Assembly (NCBI GenBank): GCA_025350595.1 | Contig: JANXXP010000160.1 | Coordinates: 1-59,664 of the forward strand | Length of the DNA: 59,664 bases | Source of the DNA: Bacteroidota bacterium | Lineage (GTDB): Bacteria; Bacteroidota; Bacteroidia; Bacteroidales; VadinHA17 | Direction: 5' to 3' | Shown: piece after piece, positions 54,717 through 59,664 of the stretch | How positions within the stretch are numbered: position 1 is the stretch's first letter | Layout of the letters: every line of letters begins with the position of its first letter | Notes under the pieces: model-generated | The model's database searches: none | Seen by the model: only the letters and a program-made list of their open reading frames with translations | Told to the model about the DNA's origin: nothing | Program-made: the position numbers and the translations under genes

Positions 54717-55442
54717 ATGAGAAGAGCGCTTATCCTCGTTTGGGTTATAATTCTGACGATTCCAGCATATACTCAGCAAAATGTTTCACCCTCCAATAAG
54801 GTTGATCCAGCTTACTTTGTTACTCGAAACCGCGAAGAATTAATCCATAAGCTAGTGGACATGCCATGGGGAATTAAGGCTGATGATCCAGTAAATGTAA
54901 TTCTCCAGAAAATTCAAACGTTTTTACTAGCTTTTCAACCGGCAGCAGAATATTCGGATGACATATATGCAAAAGCAGCTAATCTTCAGGCGCTCAAGAG
55001 TGTGATGCAGGGAGGGTATGGTATTGGTTCTGTATTGATAAATAAGGAGGGAAAGATTATTGCTGCTGCTCATAATTCACAAATGCAAAAACATCGCTCA
55101 GACCTTCATGCTGAAATGACATTACTGACTAATTTTGAAGAAAGCAGGCTGGCCAAAGAATATGTAAATATCTATGTTTACAAACCTGGTCTCATTGTCT
55201 TTAGTTCTGCTGAACCATGCCCGATGTGTTATATCAGGATAAATACTACTGGCGCTGATACAAAATATTGTACTCCCGGACCAGATGATGGAATGGCCAG
55301 TCGAACAGATTTTCTTCCTCCGGCATGGAAGGAGATGGCATTGAAAAGAAAAGTCAGTTTAGGTAATTGCTCACCTGTAATGCAGAAAATGTCACATCTG
55401 CTTTTCTACTCTTATTTGCTTGATAACCGCGGTCCAAAGTAG
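54717..55442 (+). CDS. CMP/dCMP-type zinc deaminase (nucleoside/nucleotide deaminase superfamily) with N-terminal signal peptide
   Basis: The signal-like N-terminus is MRRALILVWVIILTIPAYTQQ. A ~90-aa extension follows, then a deaminase core with HAEM and PCPMC zinc ligands. Confidence 0.7.
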   Translation: MRRALILVWVIILTIPAYTQQNVSPSNKVDPAYFVTRNREELIHKLVDMPWGIKADDPVNVILQKIQTFLLAFQPAAEYSDDIYAKAANLQALKSVMQGGYGIGSVLINKEGKIIAAAHNSQMQKHRSDLHAEMTLLTNFEESRLAKEYVNIYVYKPGLIVFSSAEPCPMCYIRINTTGADTKYCTPGPDDGMASRTDFLPPAWKEMALKRKVSLGNCSPVMQKMSHLLFYSYLLDNRGPK

Positions 55443-55448
55443 GCTATC

Positions 55449-55536
55449 ATTGCGGAATTCGGATTTGAGATTTCGGATTTAAATTAACATTAAAATTCCA
55501 GGATCAATCCGCAATCGACGATCCGCAATCCGAAAT
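55449..55536. repeat. long imperfect inverted repeat built from ATTGCGGA/TTCGGATT words; probable bidirectional terminator
   Basis: The left arm is attgcggaattcggatttgagatttcggattt (55449-80). The right arm is aatccgcaatcgacgatccgcaatccgaaat (55506-36). The innermost pairing is CGGATT/AATCCG. It lies between convergent genes. Confidence 0.55.
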
Positions 55537-55541
55537 TACTT

Positions 55542-57152
<1,611 letters not shown>

Positions 57153-57370
57153 TTATGAGAATATCTGTTAGAAAAATTAACTTAACCGTTCTTTGCCTAT
57201 AAAAAGTCTGCAAAATTAACCAATAATTCTCATTAACCATAAAATATATCAAACTACCTTCAAAACTAATATGTCATGGCTATAAGAATTGCCTTTATTA
57301 TTGGTTTTTGCACATTTTATTTATCTTTATCTTGTTGTTTACATTGAAATACTTTGATCCCATTCCATCT

Positions 57371-58606
57371 ATGGATAAAAATAAAGCAGTTGTAGTCACA
57401 GGTATTGGTGTGTTTACCTCAATTGGGTGTAATCGTTCAGATTTCTGGAACTCTTTGATTACCGGAACTTCCGGAATTAAAAGAATTCAGTCTTTCGATC
57501 CTCAGTTGCACAAAACTCATATCGGGTCAGAGGTAATTTCATATAAGCCGGAAGATTATTTTGATCGAAAAGAAGCTCGTAAACTTGCGCGGGTATCCCA
57601 ACTGGCTTGCAGTGCCGCTATTGAAGCTGTAAAAGATGCTGATCTTGATCTTAATATTGAAGACAGATCGAGAATAGGATGCGTAATAGGATCGGCTGCA
57701 GGTGACCCTATTCATATGGAAGATCAGCTGATAAGGTTTATAAAGATGGGCCCGGGATCTGTTAATCCTTTGACGGTTCCAAGGGTAATAGCAAATATGC
57801 CTGCTTCCAATGCAGCTATTGTTCTCAATATTCATGGTCCGAACCTTGGAATTTCTGCAGCCTGTACGACCGGAACACATTCTATCGGAATTGCTTTGGG
57901 ATTGATGAGAGCTGGTATGGCAGATGTAATTCTTGCTGGTGGAGCAGAATCCACAATTACTCCCTATGTTCTCGACGGATACTCGAGCATGGGCGTACTT
58001 TCAACCTGCAATGAAAATCCGGAAAAGGCCAGCCGTCCGTTTGATCTCAACAGAGACGGATTTGTTATGGGAGAAGGAGCATGTGTTCTTGTTCTTGAGA
58101 CATTAGAACATGCTGAAAACAGAGGAGCGAAGCCTCTGGCATTGTTAAGTGGCTTCGGAATGACATCTGATGCATACGGGATAGCTGCTCCTGAACCTAA
58201 TGGTATATGGGCCGCTTCTGCCATGCAGCTGGCAGTCAAAGACGCGGGACTGAATCCTGAAGATATTGGATATATAAATGCTCATGGAACTTCGACAAAA
58301 GTGAATGATAAGACTGAAGCCATAGCAATTAAAAAAGCTTTTGGGAACAGGAGCATACCTGTAAGTTCAAATAAATCAATGATTGGTCATCTTCTTGGAG
58401 CAGCAGGTGCGGTAGAAGCAGCCGCTACTGTACTTTCAGTATATCATGGTATCTTACCTCCAACAATTAATTTTGAAACAAAAGATCCTGAATGTGATCT
58501 GGATGTGATCCCTAATAAAGCAAGGGTTGTAAAAATTGAAGCGGCAATTTCAAACTCTTTTGGTTTTGGCGGTCAGAACGGAGTACTCGTTTTTACAAAA
58601 TCATGA
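57371..58606 (+). CDS. fabF: beta-ketoacyl-ACP synthase II
   Basis: The start is at MDKNKAVVVTGIG. Supporting evidence is the active-site AACTTG, NAHGTST and IGHLLGAAG. Confidence 0.92.
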   Translation: MDKNKAVVVTGIGVFTSIGCNRSDFWNSLITGTSGIKRIQSFDPQLHKTHIGSEVISYKPEDYFDRKEARKLARVSQLACSAAIEAVKDADLDLNIEDRSRIGCVIGSAAGDPIHMEDQLIRFIKMGPGSVNPLTVPRVIANMPASNAAIVLNIHGPNLGISAACTTGTHSIGIALGLMRAGMADVILAGGAESTITPYVLDGYSSMGVLSTCNENPEKASRPFDLNRDGFVMGEGACVLVLETLEHAENRGAKPLALLSGFGMTSDAYGIAAPEPNGIWAASAMQLAVKDAGLNPEDIGYINAHGTSTKVNDKTEAIAIKKAFGNRSIPVSSNKSMIGHLLGAAGAVEAAATVLSVYHGILPPTINFETKDPECDLDVIPNKARVVKIEAAISNSFGFGGQNGVLVFTKS

Positions 58607-58613
58607 AAAAATA

Positions 58614-59102
58614 CTAAATTGTTGGTTTATTCTGAGGTTTTGATACTCTGAGTTTTGCTTCAATTATCGGAATTATTATTTTGATTCTCTCAGCTTCTTT
58701 CAAAGTTTCTGAAATTGCAGCATCATCGATCAAGCGCCATTTACTTGACCTCTCAAGACTATCCGCTTTCATTCTTAATATATTAGCCATTTGCTCTTCA
58801 CGAGAATATAAGCCCTTCATTTTTTCATTTAAAGCTATCTCATCCTGCATCAGTTTTAGATATAACTCCTGCATTTCTGAAGAAGGTGGTATTTTTGGGG
58901 CAATACTTTTGTTATAAATGTCATTTGCCATCTTCAACTGAAGTTTCCAGAATCTGTCACCCTGAAGGAATGCCCTGGCTTTATTTACAAGACCTTCACA
59001 ATCACCATTTTCGTCAATAACTACTTTGTCAGGTTTGGAGAAATAGATATAACCACAAAGTGTAATTATCACTATTAAAACTAGTGTTGCTTTGAACTTC
59101 AT
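58614..59102 (-). CDS. membrane-anchored/secreted hypothetical protein
   Basis: The 162-aa ORF has an N-terminal hydrophobic segment LVLIVIITLCGYIYF and a helical remainder. Confidence 0.4.
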   Translation of the reverse strand: MKFKATLVLIVIITLCGYIYFSKPDKVVIDENGDCEGLVNKARAFLQGDRFWKLQLKMANDIYNKSIAPKIPPSSEMQELYLKLMQDEIALNEKMKGLYSREEQMANILRMKADSLERSSKWRLIDDAAISETLKEAERIKIIIPIIEAKLRVSKPQNKPTI

Positions 59103-59151
59103 TTTTCCCTGTTAAAATGTTGGAGTACTGAATTTCCCATTATTATCCGGC

Positions 59152-59159
59152 CAAATGTA
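59152..59159 (-). promoter_or_regulatory. candidate -7 box TACATTTG (minus strand)
   Basis: Plus-strand caaatgta is the reverse complement of TACATTTG. It lies ~50 nt upstream of the ATG at 59102. Confidence 0.35.
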
Positions 59160-59220
59160 CAAAAGAGAACAAAACAATGCTAATATAAAGTTATAAATAA
59201 CAGTAAATAATAAAAATAAA

Positions 59221-59247
59221 AGCCTGTAAGTTGTTAATTTACAGGCT
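59221..59247 (-). terminator. rho-independent terminator (minus strand) after the tRNA-like element
   Basis: AGCCTGTAA / TTACAGGCT forms a 9-bp stem with a 9-nt loop. On the minus strand it is followed by TTTTATTTTTATT. Confidence 0.75.
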
Positions 59248-59258
59248 TTAAAATTTTG

Positions 59259-59314
59259 TCGGAGTGATCACGCCTCAGGCGTGACGACCCTCACGCCTTG
59301 CGTGATACGCTAGC
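59259..59314 (-). other. tRNA-shaped 56-nt element (tRNA-Pro backbone, both arms replaced by TCACGC(C)-N3-(G)GCGTGA hairpins)
   Basis: The minus strand reads GCTAGCGTA-TCACGC-AAG-GCGTGA-GGGTCG-TCACGCC-TGA-GGCGTGA-T-CACTCCG-A. It shares 9/9, the GGGTC core and 9/10 terminal nt with the tRNA part at 59609..59664, and has the same total length. Confidence 0.5.
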
Positions 59315-59558
59315 CAATCTGAATCTTATTGTCTTCAAGAAATCTTTTTGCCCCTCTCTTCTTAATCAACAATTCAAGATTTACAGCTTCATTCCTTGAA
59401 TTAAATTCTTTTGAATATATTATCATCCAAGGCAATCCAGAGGCCATAAAAGATGTTTTCCCTCGATTGTGTTCTACTAATCTCCGGATAATGTCTTTGG
59501 TTTGCCCTGTATAGAATTTGTTAAGATTTTGGCTATAAAGGATATAGGTTGTGTACAT
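59310..59558 (-). CDS. small GIY-YIG (URI domain) nuclease family protein
   Basis: The start is at MYTTYILYSQNLNKFYTGQTKDIIRRLVEHN (GIY-YIG core motifs), giving 82 aa. The track's upstream extension overlaps a tRNA and a terminator, so I rejected it. Confidence 0.8.
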   Translation of the reverse strand: MYTTYILYSQNLNKFYTGQTKDIIRRLVEHNRGKTSFMASGLPWMIIYSKEFNSRNEAVNLELLIKKRGAKRFLEDNKIQIG

Positions 59559-59575
59559 AATTATAAGAATCAAAA

Positions 59576-59597
59576 AGGGGCGAAATACTCCGCCCCT
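59576..59597 (-). terminator. rho-independent terminator (minus strand) directly after the tRNA
   Basis: AGGGGCG (59576-82) / CGCCCCT (59591-97) forms a 7-bp GC stem. On the minus strand it is followed by TTTTTGATTCTT. Confidence 0.7.
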
Positions 59598-59608
59598 CAA
59601 ATTACCTG

Positions 59609-59664
59609 TCGGGGTGATGTGACTCGAACACACGACCCCTTGCACCCCATGCAAGTACGCTAGC
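59609..59664 (-). tRNA. tRNA-Pro (anticodon GGG), 3' portion from the D-loop to the discriminator; 5' part lies beyond the window
   Basis: The minus strand reads GCTAGCGTA CTTGC-ATGGGGT-GCAAG GGGTC GTGTG-TTCGAGT-CACAT CACCCCG A. This gives a 5-bp anticodon stem, a 7-nt loop with T33 GGG G37, a canonical T-loop and a Pro-type acceptor strand. Confidence 0.6.

Noticed and set aside
57153-57370. fabF without an upstream acpP, considered as possibly unusual.
   Set aside because: Second stand-alone KAS II paralogues are common. The 218-nt upstream region has no ACP-like ORF and nothing else notable.

Overview
AT-rich chromosomal segment with the hallmarks of a Bacteroidota genome: a 286-aa primary sigma factor, TAnnTTTG -7 boxes close to start codons, DUF4249, bTHX, an RRM-type RNA-binding protein, TAT-signal Gfo/Idh/MocA and several glycoside hydrolases. 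I call about 50 protein-coding genes. They include a housekeeping core (gyrB, rpoD, uvrB, rlmN, dapF, PBP4/dacB-like, htrA, fabF, ftsE, deaD, tag) and a 2-oxo-acid dehydrogenase E2/E1 cluster with a divergent GntR regulator. There are also glycan-degradation genes (GH27, GH42, one uncharacterised hydrolase-like lipoprotein, a GH29 remnant), an RNA-chaperone cluster (csp, RRM, NYN-LOTUS), transporters and secreted hypotheticals. I found no rRNA, CRISPR array, transposase, integrase, prophage or recognisable multi-gene defence operon, and I cannot honestly name a new multi-protein system here. Four things are not explained by ordinary annotation. (1) At the right edge a small GIY-YIG nuclease gene lies between the 3' part of a tRNA-Pro(GGG) and a same-length tRNA-shaped element. 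In that element both arms are replaced by one GC hairpin, and each RNA-like unit has its own terminator. (2) There are several families of short dispersed intergenic repeats, including a MITE-like family with three copies. (3) Gaps between convergent genes hold long imperfect hairpins or arrays made of 6-8 nt tandem 'words', with a different word at each site. (4) Four gene remnants produced by large deletions lie in the first 20 kb: E1 alpha, GH29, LtaS-type sulfatase and a histidine kinase lacking most of its ATPase domain. All coordinates and alignments were derived by eye, and no database search was possible.
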